This document shows positions 30,556 through 45,400 of a stretch of DNA of 64,000 bases, piece after piece. Below the pieces are notes generated by a model. The model made no database searches. It was not told where the DNA came from and saw only the letters and a list, made by a program, of their open reading frames with translations. The position numbers were made by a program, and so were the translations under genes. Each line of letters begins with the position of its first letter. Positions within the stretch are counted from its first letter, which is position 1. This DNA is from the human T2T-CHM13v2.0 reference genome, Homo sapiens, in the NCBI RefSeq assembly GCF_009914755.1, contig NC_060928.1, one strand, 5' to 3'.

Positions 30556-31218
30556 CAGGTCCTTTGTAATTTAACCCCTGCAGACAATTCTGGCCTCATG
30601 TGTGGATTTCCTGCCCAAATCCCATGACCCAGCAAGGCAGAGCTACCTGCAACGCTCCTAGTATAGCTGGCTGTTTTTCTGGCTTGTGCTTTAATTTACA
30701 GCACACCCTCTGCCTGGCACAGCTGCCTACCAGTCCCGTCCTGACCCCACAATAAGCAAATTCTCTTGAAAGTCAATTCATCAATAGCGAAACGGCCAAC
30801 TAGCCCAAAGCCAATTCATTAAGGCAAACTTAATGTACTTAGTGACTAGCTGACTTGCTGAATCCCAAATTCACTAAAAAACTATCAGAAAACTACAGTC
30901 CAGCTAGCTTAACCAAAGCTCTACCTCCTTGACTCATGGAGTTGACAGCTGTTCTCTATTCCCTCTGTAAAATACCCTGAAATCCCTAAAAGGCTAAACA
31001 TTCAGGGCAACAGGCTCCTCCCTGGGGTGCCCACAAAAACTGTCCCACCTGTTGAGTTGTGTATTTACCAAGAGTCAGCTTTGTTCTTTAAATTCTTATT
31101 ACCATAATTATTTACTTTAATTTGACCATTACATAATAAACCAATGAAAAAAATGAGTGCAAAAGCCGAGTTGATGATTCTCTGAGATGCTTTAGAAAGG
31201 TTCAGTCAAAACAAACTA

Positions 31219-31380
31219 GGCAGGGCACAGTGGCTCATGCCTGTAATTCCAGCAGTTTGGGAGGCCTAGGCAGGAGGATTGCTTGAGCACAGGAGTTCAA
31301 GGCTGCAGTGAGCTATGATCGTGCCACTGCACTCCAGCCTGGGCAACAAAGTAAGGACCTGACTCTTAAACAAACAAAAG
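31219..31380 (+). mobile_element. Alu monomer (FLAM/FRAM-like)
   Basis: Single-arm Alu. Confidence 0.85.
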
Positions 31381-32215
31381 TACCTTAAAAAGCTATACAA
31401 TTAGATGTGGGGACATCAACTATTAAAAAAAAAGACAGGGCAACATTCATAAAATTCTAGGAATTCTAAACTCAGATTGTGTTACAAAAACTGGAAATTA
31501 CAAAGTAATCATATGTATAGATTACACAGAAAAGACAAACAGAACCCCATAGGTAGCAACACACCAAAGAATGTGGCCCTCGGTCCTACATCAAAACACA
31601 GTGATTTTTATAGCAATTAAGCATGGCTTAGGTGTCCAGGGAAAAATTACCTTGATACTCATGCATTAAGCACCAGGAGGGAGAAATTACCCACTGGCAA
31701 ACTGTCACTCAAAAAGGATTCATTTAGGCTGGGTATGGTAGCTCACGCCTGTAATTCCAACACTTAAATCATTCACTTAAATTTAACATATTTAAAGCAC
31801 ATGTAATGTATACCTTTTTAAAATTTTCTCACCTTAACCAACATTTTTGATTGACCAGTTCTGACTATGCCAGTAGAAGGGCCTCATAAATACCTTAACC
31901 CAGGCTAGTTTGCCATAACCATTTTCCTACCAAAGGCAGGAGCAGATCACAGGCCAGGGAAAGCAAGAGACAAGGAGAGAGGACGAGAGAGGGAGAAAGA
32001 GGATGAATAAGTAATAAACTATACTGGAAGAAGACAACACAGAAGTGAATCAATCATTCGATGGTTGAAAATGGTAGAAAATGCTGACTAGTCATGAGAA
32101 CTCTTCATCTGAAACTGGCATCCCTCCGCTCCACCCAGCTGGCACGTGAGGGACATGCAGTTTGGTCCAAAGCAGGTGGGAGGGCACTGCAGCAGCACTA
32201 GAGAAGAGTCCATGA

Positions 32216-32584
<369 letters not shown>

Positions 32585-32586
32585 GG

Positions 32587-32882
32587 TTTTTTGTTTTTTT
32601 TGAGACAGAGTCTCGCTCTGTCACCCAGGCTGTAGTGCAGTGGCGCAATCTTGGCTTATGGCAACCTCTGCGTCCCGGGCTCAAGTGATCCTCCCACCTC
32701 AGCCTCCCAAGTAGCTGGACTACAGCTGCACACCACCACACCCGGCTAATTTTTGTATTTCCTCTACAGATGGGGTTTCGCTATGTTGCCCAGGCTAGTC
32801 TTGAACTCCTGAGCTCAGGCGATCCACCCGCCTCAGCCTCCCAAAGTGCTGGGATGACAGGCGTGAGCCACCGCACGTGGCC
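32587..32882 (-). mobile_element. Alu (AluJ-like), in tandem with the previous one
   Basis: Reverse Alu consensus. Confidence 0.92.
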
Positions 32883-33116
32883 CCAGCTGCTTCTAACTGT
32901 TCTCAGTTCCCGCTCCATCTCAGAACATCTTTCCCAATATGAAATGTGATGAAATATAAGACCCATCACAGGGGAGCCAGAGATTCCAGACAATCTTACA
33001 AAGAAAAAATGAAAATAAGCCAGAAGAGGAAGCCAGAAAATGGAAGAACTGCTGATTTCCCATCTAGCTCTTCATCTTTTAAAATAACAATGCTATATTT
33101 CTGGACTTTAATATCA

Positions 33117-33566
<450 letters not shown>

Positions 33567-35018
33567 TCAAAGCCCCCATCCACACCTAGTGAACCAGAAT
33601 CTGCACTTTCAGATGGCCGGGTGGTTGGCTGAAGGCTAAAGTTTGAGAAGAGCTGCTCTGAGGAGGGATTAGAGTGCAGGACTTAAATATATCCTAAGCA
33701 CTTGAGATATATTTGCTCTTTCCATCTCCTGGATAATCCTGAGGCACAGAGGTTACATTAATCTCCCCAAATCATATGAGGAGCCTGAGGCAGCGCGGGG
33801 GCGGGAAGCAGGCGGCCTTCCTCCTGAACTGCCCCTGCAGCCTACAGCCACCCTGGACTCCACTTCGGTGGACAGGCTCAATGCTAACAGTCTTCTCCTG
33901 TCTGAGGCATGCTTGCATCTGATTTGCTGCCACACCTCTGAACTAGTATTGTTGAGAAAAGTGTGAATTTGAAATAAATGTTGCAATCTCTGCCCCCTCT
34001 ACTTATTTTATGATGTTGAGCAAACCACACACCTTCACTGAGCCTCAGCTTCCTTCTCTGAAAAATGGGTGTACGTACACTTCCCCTGATAAGAAGCGTT
34101 AGGGGTTCTTTGAGGCCAAGTTGTGGGAGTTAATGAGTTGTAATTTATGGTGCTGTGTGCCAGGAACCCAGTAAGTGCTTGTTTCCCTCTGTGCCCACTG
34201 CAGTGAGAAGCCCTGAGTCCCTCCAAGACTCTTGAGCACTGTGGCAGGCCCAGGCAGAGCGGGGGTGATCAAGAAACGGCCCTGCCTTCCCACCGTTCGT
34301 ATCCTGGCAGAGAGATCATCAGATGATTCACACTGAAAGCAAACACAGAAAGAGAATTGCTACTGATTTTGCCCTAACTTTGAATGACACTCTGAATTCC
34401 TCGAGTAAACAAGTTAGAAAACAGCCAAATATAGAAAAAGCTGAATGGTACATAAAAGTTTGCAAATGAGGGAATCGCCAGATTAAAAAAAAAAAAACAA
34501 CAAATTTGAATTTGAATGCATAAAACTGAAGTATACATTCCCGAAATATGTACATATTTTTCTCTCTTGGAAACAATATGGATAGTTAACCCCAGAAGAA
34601 GTCTAACAATGACTATTAAAGTTTCAGAATAAGGTATTCAACTTCAGAATTAACTCAGAAGAGAGTCAAGTCCACAAGGTCTACAGATACTTTTGTCTGC
34701 TAAATCCCCTAATTTTTGTTTTTCTTAATCTGACGTAAGAAAAGATGTCTGTGGCCCTGTAGCTCCTGCTATAGGTAATTTATGGTGGTGTGAGGCAGTG
34801 CAAAGAAATGCTAGCTTCCTAAGGGGAGGCTACACCTAGAGTCTACCAACTAGCTATCACTCACAGCTTCTCAGCCCTAGAAATATACTCAAAGGAGTGC
34901 CTCGAGACAAATAAGGGCTCCATTCTTCCACACCGGGCTTCCATCACAGGCCCCTGGAGCCCGTAAGTACCCCCAGGCCTCCAGCGATGACCACTGAGAT
35001 GGTGGGACCTTGACTCAC

Positions 35019-35116
35019 CAGCCAGGGCTGAGGGATCTCCGGCAGGGGCATCTGAGGAGGGGCTGGCAGGCTGTTAGCGGTCTCCTGCTTCTGAGCATGG
35101 TCCTTCACATCAAAAC
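35019..35116 (-). CDS. AFAP1: AFAP1 exon 3 (98 nt): (G)[32 protein letters not shown], with SH3-binding proline motif
   Basis: ttacAG|GTTTTGATGTG...CCCTGGCTG|GTGAGT. Phase 1 in, phase 0 out; 127+98=225 nt keeps the frame. Too short for the ORF track, translated by hand. Confidence 0.95.
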
Positions 35117-35313
35117 CTGTAAGAATTAACCAGAACCACAGAACTGGATGAGGATGGGGATGAGAAGGGTACCACTAGCATCTATCAGTTCCTGAACCCT
35201 GTGTTGAACACTTTGCAAATATTTATTTTCTCTAATCCTTTACAACAGTCCTGCAAGGTTAGGTATTATTCTTCTCCATTTTACAGGTGAAGAACCGACA
35301 GCTTAAATAAAGT

Positions 35314-35652
35314 GAAAGAAAAGAAAAGAGAAAGAGAAAGAGAAAGGGAAAGGGAAAGAAAAGAGAAAAGAAAAAAGAAAAAAGAAAAGAAAAGAGAAAG
35401 AGAAAGGGAAAGGGAAAGGGAAAGAAAAAAGAAAGAAAAGAAAAGAGAAAGAGAAAGGGAAAGAGAAAAGAAAAAAGAAAAGAGAAAGAAAAAGAGAAAG
35501 GGAAAGGGAAACGGAAAGAAAAGAGAAAAAAGAATAAAAGAGAAAGGGAAAGGGAAAGGGAAAAGAAAAGAAAAGAGAAAAGAAAAGAGGAAGGAAGGAA
35601 GGGAGGGATGGATGGAGGGAAGGAGGAAGGGGAAGGAGGAAGGGGAAGGGGT
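35314..35652. repeat. ~340-bp polypurine tract (GAAAA/GAGAAA/GGGAAA)n
   Basis: Almost pure A/G on the + strand. Confidence 0.95.
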
Positions 35653-36772
35653 GTAAGAAATGAATGAAAGCACTCATAGATGGAAATGGCGGCACTAGTG
35701 CCAGAGCCTGCATGCTCCTCAGTGCCGTGCTGCACCTCAAAGGGAAAGCTGCTCCCCCTCAACTTCTACTCAGGGCAGGCAGGACTTACCCATGTAGTAA
35801 TAGGACAGACACCTTCCTGGGAATCAATAAATTTTTATTAAGTATCTTCTTAAAGTCAGATACTGTAATAGACATACTGTATGGAAGACATGACTGATAC
35901 AAGCTCACATGTCTTGGGCACTCATATTTAAGTTGGAAAGACAAACAGATACACAACAAACTACTAGGAAAGGTGATGAACACGATACCAGTGCAGGCAG
36001 GAAAGAGGAAGAAACAAGTTTTAATTTGGGCACAGTACTATTTGTATGCCTAACACTCATTTGGAAAGGCCTGTAAAAATACTGACTTAACAACGATCAC
36101 CTATAATGGGTCCAGTACTACACTAGAGGCCAGGCATTGAAACATGAAAAGCCCCAGTGCCTGACCTCCAGGAGCTGCAATGGAGAAAAGAACTTCGTTA
36201 GAGAACTGCAAACAAACAAAAGCAAGAAAGGAAAAGGATAAATGACACACACACACACAAAATCAATAGATAGGTTTAAAGCAAATTAAAGAGCTGAAGA
36301 AAGAATTCATGAATTGAAAAATATCAGGAGATTCATCCAGAAGGAGGCATGAAGAGACCAGTGCTGGAGCTCACTGGGCGGAGGGAAAAGACAGGAAATC
36401 AGGGGAAAGCAAGTGGTCATCAATACCTGACGTGTTTACTATGCATCAGGCACTGTTTTGAAATATTTTATACCGTCTCATTCAATCCTCACAACATCCC
36501 ATGAGGTCAATACTACCATTAGCCCTTTTTATACACGGAGGAAACTGAAGTATAAAAAGCTTAAGTAACCCGTGAAAGGTTGCATGTTTGGTAACAGGTA
36601 GGGCCAGAATCAAAAAGGCAGTTTAACTTTGAAGTTCATACTCATAACCACCTATGATAAAGGGCCTTGTGGGATGGCCGAAGGAGTCTGGATTGTGACC
36701 AGAGGCAAAGGCTGACAGATCCAAGAGTCTGAGCAGGGAAGTAACAAAATTACTTCAGAAGTGAACATTTCA

Positions 36773-37074
<302 letters not shown>

Positions 37075-37571
37075 TCATATTACCCCAGAATAGGGTCCCT
37101 ATCCTGCTTTCTTATCTAAGTGGCAGGCCCCATCGCCCACCCAGGTTTCCCCAAGCCACCCACGTTCAAACTGCCACCAAATCCTTCAGCCCATCTTCCA
37201 GACTGGCCAGGTGAGCTTTCCAGAATGCAAATCTAATCGTGTCATACATGGCTTCATATACTAAAAGAATTCATGTAAAAGTATAAATGAACTGTACACT
37301 TTAAATGGTGAAGTGTATGGCCTGTGAATCACATCTCAATAAAGAGGTTTAAAAGAAAAATCCTCCATCTCATCCGGCAGACTATCTCCATAGAGTCCTC
37401 AAGATTCTCACATCCCATCATCCAGGAACTGCCCCTCGGACCTTCCACCACCCCGGTCTCTCACTCAACTGGTGTGGACTTGCTTCTCAGGTGCTCTCAT
37501 AAGGCTCTGATGCTCTCCACAGCAGCACTTAGCAGGCTTTCTTATTGCCTGCTTTTTATTGTCCTGCTCAC

Positions 37572-38131
37572 TGTGCATCAAAGAGTTAATGTAGCAGGCC
37601 CAAAGCTGCTCTCTCTAGAGGGGCCTGCTGGCAAGGCTGGCCCTGGCTGGCCTCTGGGAACGTGGATTTCAGAAGTGATCCCACCATTCCCTGATGGACA
37701 AGGGTGGTTCACTGTGCCTGTACTGTTTGTGTAAACAACACAGTTGTGCTGAAACCCTGCCTGTCCTGGAATTCTGGTGTGTGATAGGCAGAGGGTGCCT
37801 AGAGGACCGGACCCAAGTAAAAACCCTGGACACCGAGTCTCTGATGAGCCTGAATGGAAATGTCGCACAGAGCTTGCTGCGTTTTTATTGCTGAGGACAG
37901 CGTGTGCTCTGTGTGACCCTCGTGGGAGGGACAGAGCACACAGACGCTGGCATATGGGTTCCTCCATGTTCCGCCTACATCTTCTCCCTTCCGATCTGCC
38001 AGTCGGACTGTGCATCCTCACTACGGCTGCAGTGCGTCCTGCACACGAGGAAGAACAACCTGATGCCAAGTCCCGTGAGTCCTTCCAGGTAATCTCCAAA
38101 CGCTGGGGTTGCCCTGAGGACTCCCAAAACA
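37572..38131 (+). mobile_element. Solo LTR, MER68/MER21/MER77-like (ERVL class)
   Basis: TGTGCATCAAAGAGTTAATGTAGCAGGCC...GGACTCCCAAAACA, with TG...CA termini. Confidence 0.7.
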
Positions 38132-38346
38132 CGATTCCATTAGCTCCTTCAAAGCTTTATCTTTCTACACCTGGAGGCTAACACAGAACTTGGCACAAGT
38201 GTAAACCCTCAATGAAAACTTGATGAATAAATAAGCTTGTAAGTTAAAGAACAAATAAATATATTTTAGAAAGGTGGTAAAATTAAAGACGATTTAGAAG
38301 CCAAGACACTGTAAGAAGGAAAAGCAGGCGTCAGAATGAGACTCAC

Positions 38347-38473
38347 CTTTGGATGACTGTATTCTTAGCAGAATGTTGGTTATCACTGCCTTTTTCTCCC
38401 TGACAGTTGAGGTTAGATATTCATGGTCCAGGAGTTCAAGAAAGAGACGAAGTTCAACTATTAACTCTTCCAT
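38347..38473 (-). CDS. AFAP1: AFAP1 first coding exon (conventionally exon 2; exon spans 38347-38475, ATG at 38473), aa 1-42 plus 1 nt
   Basis: Minus strand reads ttgtcAG|CA ATG GAA GAG TTA... = [43 protein letters not shown]|GTGAGT. Recognised as the AFAP-110 N-terminus; 127 coding nt, ends in phase 1. Confidence 0.96.
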
Positions 38474-39321
38474 TGCTGACAACAAAAGAGGAAGAGTATT
38501 ATTAGACCCAGTGATTTGCAAATGTCAAAGTATGAATACTGAGTCTTACTCGAAGCATTTCATGTTTAGCTTGATCATTGGATATAGTATTCTGACCTAA
38601 AAAACAAGTTTGCTGAAAGCAGGTCCACTAAAAGATTCAGGCGTCTTCTTCTTAACAAATGCACTACTCCTTTGCTTCTGCTTTAAGGCAGCAAAATTCA
38701 ACTGGGAGAAGCTCCAAAGCCAGGCTGCCAACAGATGGTGTGACAACCCAAAGGCCTGACGTCATCATTTGGTGTCAATTCCACGATATTAAATTTCAAT
38801 GTCAAGAAGGAGATGGGAGTTTAAAATGCCAAAGAGTTTTCTAATAACCAGTAGGGCATGGTTTCAGAAACTCAACACCCAGCTCTCTGCTTTTGCAAAG
38901 CTGGCTCCAGCCCAGGACAACTGTGAGCATGTTTATGCAGTTAGCACAAAGGAGGCCAGATGCCGAGGCTGGTGTAAATACAAGTTCAGGTGCTGAATTC
39001 CCACCATGCCTTTTCCTTCTAGAATGATGGTAGACTTGACTTTTCCTCTGATATCCACAAGACTGGAATGCTGGCTTAGGTCAGCAGTTTGTAGATGATG
39101 ATCTTAGCCTCTGGGGATGTGAACTCCTCCTTTCAGGGAGCCCACAAGGCCCGAGGCCCAAACTATTTTCAGAATGCTAAGACATTATTCACCTTTTTCT
39201 GCATTAATGGTGTAAATGCCAAGGTAAAACTGCTAGCATCTTAGCACGAATCAAGGAAGTGACACCAAACTATCCTAGCGGTCATGATATCCTTCACCAT
39301 ATACTCACAGGTTTTTTTTCC

Positions 39322-39354
<33 letters not shown>

Positions 39355-39362
39355 ACTACTTG

Positions 39363-39656
39363 GGCTGGGCGCGGTGGCTCACGTCTGTAATCCCAGCACT
39401 TTGGGAGACCCAGGCAGGCGGATCACCTAAGGTCAGAAGTTCGAGACCAGCCTGGCCAACATGGCCATCTCTATTAAAAATACAAAAAGTAGCCGGGCGT
39501 GGTGGCATGTGCCTGTAATCCCAGCTACTGAGGAGGCTGGGGCACAAGAATCGCTTGAACCTGGGAGGCGGAGGTTTCAGTGAGCCAAGATTGCACCACT
39601 GCACTCCAGCCTGGGCGACAGTGGGAGACTCTGTCTCAAAAAAAAAAAAAAAAAAA
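39363..39656 (+). mobile_element. Alu (AluS-like)
   Basis: Alu consensus with poly-A. Confidence 0.93.
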
Positions 39657-39721
39657 CCCCACTTTCACTTAGGAGTGTCTTTGAGAAAGCAGTAAAAAAT
39701 AATGGCTTTTCTTAAATCTAA

Positions 39722-40041
<320 letters not shown>

Positions 40042-40625
40042 AACACACACCTTTTTAACGTATCATTGAATGACATGGGAAGCACGCATGAAGCCCTCCT
40101 GCACACGAAATACCACAGTCGTCTAGAGAAAAATCACTCTTGTGAGTGTTTGAGTTCCAAGCCACCCGAAGCCACTTGTTGCACACAGCACTATCTTTAC
40201 TGGAGAGAGTGAATGACAGGCAAACTGCAATGACTTAGACTTGAGTACCTGGCAGACATGTTCTCAAGAATGAACACATGAGCTCATCACTTCAAGGTAA
40301 ACAACTGATACCATTTGTGGCCAAGAACAAAAGTTGAGCTTCCAAGTGAAAAAATAATTTTTGAAACTTTGTATCCACCCCATAAGAGCTTACTGCCTCC
40401 TAATACTGGAGGCTTTTCTACTGAGATCAGCAGTGACATGAACAAATGTGATTTATATTGCCTAATGTCATATGTTGACATTTATTTGGAAGATCTGCAC
40501 AACTCAGTGAACCATGATGTAACAAAGTCATGTATGGGTAAAAGATCCACCTAAAGAGCAAAATAAACTAAACTATTCTAATGTAACAGAGGATGGCACA
40601 GCTTCAGATGCCACATCACAACTAA

Positions 40626-41062
<437 letters not shown>

Positions 41063-41849
41063 TAGATTTTCTTCACATACTTCCACCATAATATCTCACA
41101 CAGTCTGAGTGAAGAAGTAAATATGAGAATCAGCTATCTTCTAGGCCAGATACAAAAGATACTTGCAAAAGTCTAAAACAATGCTACTCTTCTAATTATC
41201 ATGTTTTGGTAAATGCAGTTACTTTTCATAAATATATATTATTTATGTTAACATAATAGGTTTATTGATATTTTAATGAATAAATATCTTCAAATTTGCC
41301 AATTTTAATTCTAATATGGTAAGTACCTACAGATATAATCATATAAATAAAGCTCTTTAAGGTCTTCAAAATATATTTTGAGACCAAAAAGTTTCAGATC
41401 TGAGATCTGCTGATGTAGGCAATTACTTTAAGATCTTCATTCATTTATTCGTCACTTACCTATTGTCAGTCATATAGGTCATGCAGCTCAACTGACAAAA
41501 GCATAATGAAAATGATTCATGCAAAAAGCCTAAGCAAAAAAGTTTGAGAGCTGCTCGTCTGTGGGATTCTTCCAAATCTACTATTCTGTAAGTCTACAAC
41601 ATCCTTCGGGATTAAAGATCCATACTGAGGCTGCCGTGCACCATCAAGGCTCTCATCATTTTAGGTAAGCGGGAGAGAAATGGTAAATGAGCTTAAGTAG
41701 GTGGATGTGGCACCAGCAGTTCACTCTTTCCAGCTGGGCGATTTTCCCTTCTATGAAATGAAGAAGTTGGACTAAGTACACCTTTCAATTAAGGTCTTTT
41801 TCATTAATCAATTTCTTGATTCTAAGCAATCTCATCTATACTTTAAAAA

Positions 41850-42010
41850 TGGACGAGGCATGTTGGCTCACGTCTGTAATCCCAGCACTTTGAGAGGCTG
41901 AGGCAGAAGGATCACTTGAGCCCAGGAGTTCGAGGCTGCAGTGAGCCATGACTGAGTCAATGCACTCCAGCCTGGGTAACAGAGTGAGACCCTGACTCTC
42001 AAAAAAAAAA
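41850..42010 (+). mobile_element. Alu monomer (FLAM/FRAM-like)
   Basis: Single-arm Alu with poly-A. Confidence 0.85.
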
Positions 42011-42037
42011 TGGAGGTGGGGGGCGGGACGGGGGGCT

Positions 42038-42467
42038 GATAGCATTATTCAGAATGTCAAAAGATAGAAAATGAATGACAAATGAATGGATAAATGAAAT
42101 GTGGTATATACATACAATGAAATATAATTCATCCATTAAAAAGAAAAAAATTCAGATAAATGCTGCAACATGAACAAACCTTGAAAACATTATGTTAAAA
42201 TAGACAAAAAGAGGCAAATATTACGAGTCTACTTATATAAAGTACTTAGAGTAGTCAAATTCATAGAGGCAGAAAGTAGAACAGTGGTTACTAGGGGCTA
42301 GTGGTGGGGAGAATGTAGGGTTATTATTTAATGGGGTTCAGAGTTAACAGTTTGGGATGATGAAAATGTTCTGGAAATGGATGGTGAATATACCTAATGA
42401 CACTAAATTTTATACTCAAAAAGGGTTAAAAAGGTAAAATGTATGCTATGCATATTTAATTTAAAAA
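42038..42467 (+). mobile_element. L1M 3' end fragment (L1MB-like)
   Basis: aatgaatggataaatgaaatgtggtatatacatacaatgaaata...gtagtcaaattcatagaggcagaaagtagaa. Confidence 0.8.
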
Positions 42468-45400
42468 AGGAAAGAGAATTTGCTTGGGTTCCACCTAACA
42501 GCATGGAACTATCTGAAGAGAACCTAAGGATGCATCGATCCTAACTTGCCACCTAAAACCTGAGCTCCCTCTACAGTGCGACCATGAGGCCGCTGTGCAA
42601 AACCCTCCAGAGCCTGGGAGTTTGTCGTGGCCCTGGCCAAGGTATCTGCCCATCCTCTCCTCTGAGAACAGCAGCCTCAACCACAAGGGGGACTTTCAGC
42701 AGCCACTGCTATACTGCAAGGTCCTGCACACTGCCTCCCACTACTAGGTTATGGTTAATTGGACGGCCGGATTCCAAGACAGTCAATCAGATCTTCCATT
42801 CCTCTATCTTTTGCCTGAAGACTAAGAAACAGGATTCGGTTGGGATGGTCTCTTGAACTGAAAATATAGAAATGCAGCAACCAGGGCAAGTGCAAGTACA
42901 CGGGTGCAAAGGACAGAAGCCAGCACTGGAGGACGAACACACAGAGGTGACACCCTCAGAAGCTGGCACACTCAGAGGCAGGCAGCCCCGCAAGAGAGGA
43001 AGTGTCTCAGACGCCGACCATGCTCCGAGGCTTTCCCGGGCCTGTTGTTAGCTACTCGGAAAACTGGGCTGCACTTGAATTCCAAGAAATATTTGTATCA
43101 TTCTAATAAATTTTCATTTCATTGTATTGTTGTTAAGCTAATCTGTGTGGTTTTCTGTTCACCTGAAACTGTAACCAAAAGATTCTCAAAACACAGCTCT
43201 CTAGCGCCTCAGAAAGCGAAATACTCCCATAGCAGACAGTTGTAATTGTTAGAAAAGCTCCTCCTTTTTGGGATATTCACAGACTAAATAAACCATATTT
43301 TCTACTTGACAGTCTTTCCAAATACTTAATACTCATCCCCTCTTTCTTCCAGCCTTCCAGCCTTCTCTAATTAAACACCCCAGTTGGCTCCCCCTCACTG
43401 AAGTCTTCCCTAATTACCAAAATCCATTCCTCCTGTAGCAGCTGTACTGATGACTGGATACTTAGTGATCTTAAGGTTTACTTGGGTTTTTGTGGGGTTT
43501 TTTTCCCTCAAGGTAGCTAGTCAACTGGTTAAAGGCAGGTGTCATCCTATGTTTATCTCCTAACACCTGACAGCAGCCTAGCAGTACATTCTGCACAGAA
43601 AGCATGCAAAGGTTTTCAAATGAGTGACTTCCACAGGAAGAGAATGACCATTTTCTCACAACGGGTCCTGTGAAAGGCACTGTGCTGGCATCTACATAAA
43701 ATAGCTCATTTGATTCTCACAAGAATGCAGCGAAGACGCACTGCGCCCCATCTACAGCAGAGGAATAAGAACTCCTGTGTCAGCTTTTAGTCTGCTTTTC
43801 TTTAAGCAAATCCTCACATAGTGATTACAAGTGCCAGGCACTGTTCTAAGCCTGTTACATATATGAACTCATGTGCTCTTCACAACATTGCTAGGAGGCA
43901 CGTACTGTTATTATCCCCGTGTTGTAGGTGAGGAAACAGACACAGAAAGGCTGCCTACGGTCACCAAGCCTCTCCAGTTGATAATCTGCTCACAGTCATA
44001 TAGCTAGAACATAAATAACACAGTAAGAATCTGAACTCAAACCTGAGTCCAAAAGCCCTGCTTTGAACATTTCATAATAATAATTCCACAGACTGTTTTC
44101 AGAGATAACCCTAGTCTGATGAGACGTTATACCCATTTTGTATTTAAAAAGAGCAATAGTGTGACCAAATAAAATTTAGTCCTCGAAAAAAATTAGGAAA
44201 ATGAACAAGAAATGTCAACATAGACTACAGAGTAACCTTAGAGGTAGCACAATTCTTCGTTGAGCTGCCTGGCTCCCCCATATCGCCAGTTCCCAGGACG
44301 CAGGTGCAGCTCCTGGTGCATCTCTGTATCTCTGCTGGTGCCTGACTACGTTCAACATAAACCAAGTGCTCAGAACACACACATGGAAGCAGTGAGCACA
44401 AACACACATGGCTGGTGGGCATGGCGTACCAAAATCTCACTACGGCGCCAAAGCAAGAAGGGAAGAAGTTCTTGCAACCAATTCTCCATTTTAAACTTTT
44501 AATACAAACATGTCTTTCCCCTTAAGATCTAAGGGTAATAACCAACACACACTCTGGAGATTTTCCTATAAATAAAGGTCTGGTGAAATATGTGTGCCTG
44601 AGCAGGGGGTGGCATCGTACTACTCTGGTCTGTGGACACGCAGCAGGTGTAGGACACCCACGTCTCCTCTCCACCCTCCAGAGCTATTGCTGTTTCTTAC
44701 CAGCTGTGCAGCAGGCTCTCTGGAAGATCCAGGAGTCCAGGCATTCGGATCCAGTTTCCACTGATGTATTCCGAGAGTGGCCTTCCCCTTATACCACCTC
44801 AGACTTATCTTCACCATCCACCTTTCCACTGCCCGACACAGGCTCTATCCTTCTATCAGGAGGAGGAGCTGCTTCTCCAAGGTCAAGAACAACAGGTGCC
44901 CTTGTTTTCCTCCAGGGCCTCCAGCCAAATCTCCCTTTACAATACAGGCTCTCCTATTTTCCCCTAGAAAGTACCGTGGTCTCTGAAGCTCCTTACCGAT
45001 GTTTAATAGAAATCTCCAGCTACCGTTAAGTACTGACCATGTACCAGGCAATAGGCTAAGTGCTTTACAGACATCTTAACTAATCTTCATAATAACCTTT
45101 CAAGATAGACACTGTTTTCACCATTTTTACAAGTGGAGAAACTGGTACTAAGAAAGGTTACGTTTTTGCCTAAGGTCACACAGTTAAAAATAAGAGCCAG
45201 AATGGGAATCAGAACCAGCTGTCACTACTTTTTATACCGTAACACTGACTCTCTAAATTTTGCTCCCGGTGGAAGAAGCTCCTAATGCCTCTTAGGTTAC
45301 ATCCCTCATAGGTTACGTTCAAATAACCTATCTCCCACCACACAGGACAGGCTAGCTACACAAGTTATATCCCTCAAGGTCATTACTCAAATTGTGTTTG

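Noticed and set aside
23822-30627. Very long ORFs (1172, 1439, 2260 aa and the minus-strand ones) as a real mucin/adhesin gene
   Set aside because: All three + frames are open simply because the 24-bp unit has almost no G or TA. Frames swap at indels, there is no signal peptide, and the array lies inside an AFAP1 intron. Kept only as low-interest hypotheses.
35259-35762. Phe/Ser-rich and Lys/Arg/Glu-rich ORFs
   Set aside because: Low-complexity polypurine tract.
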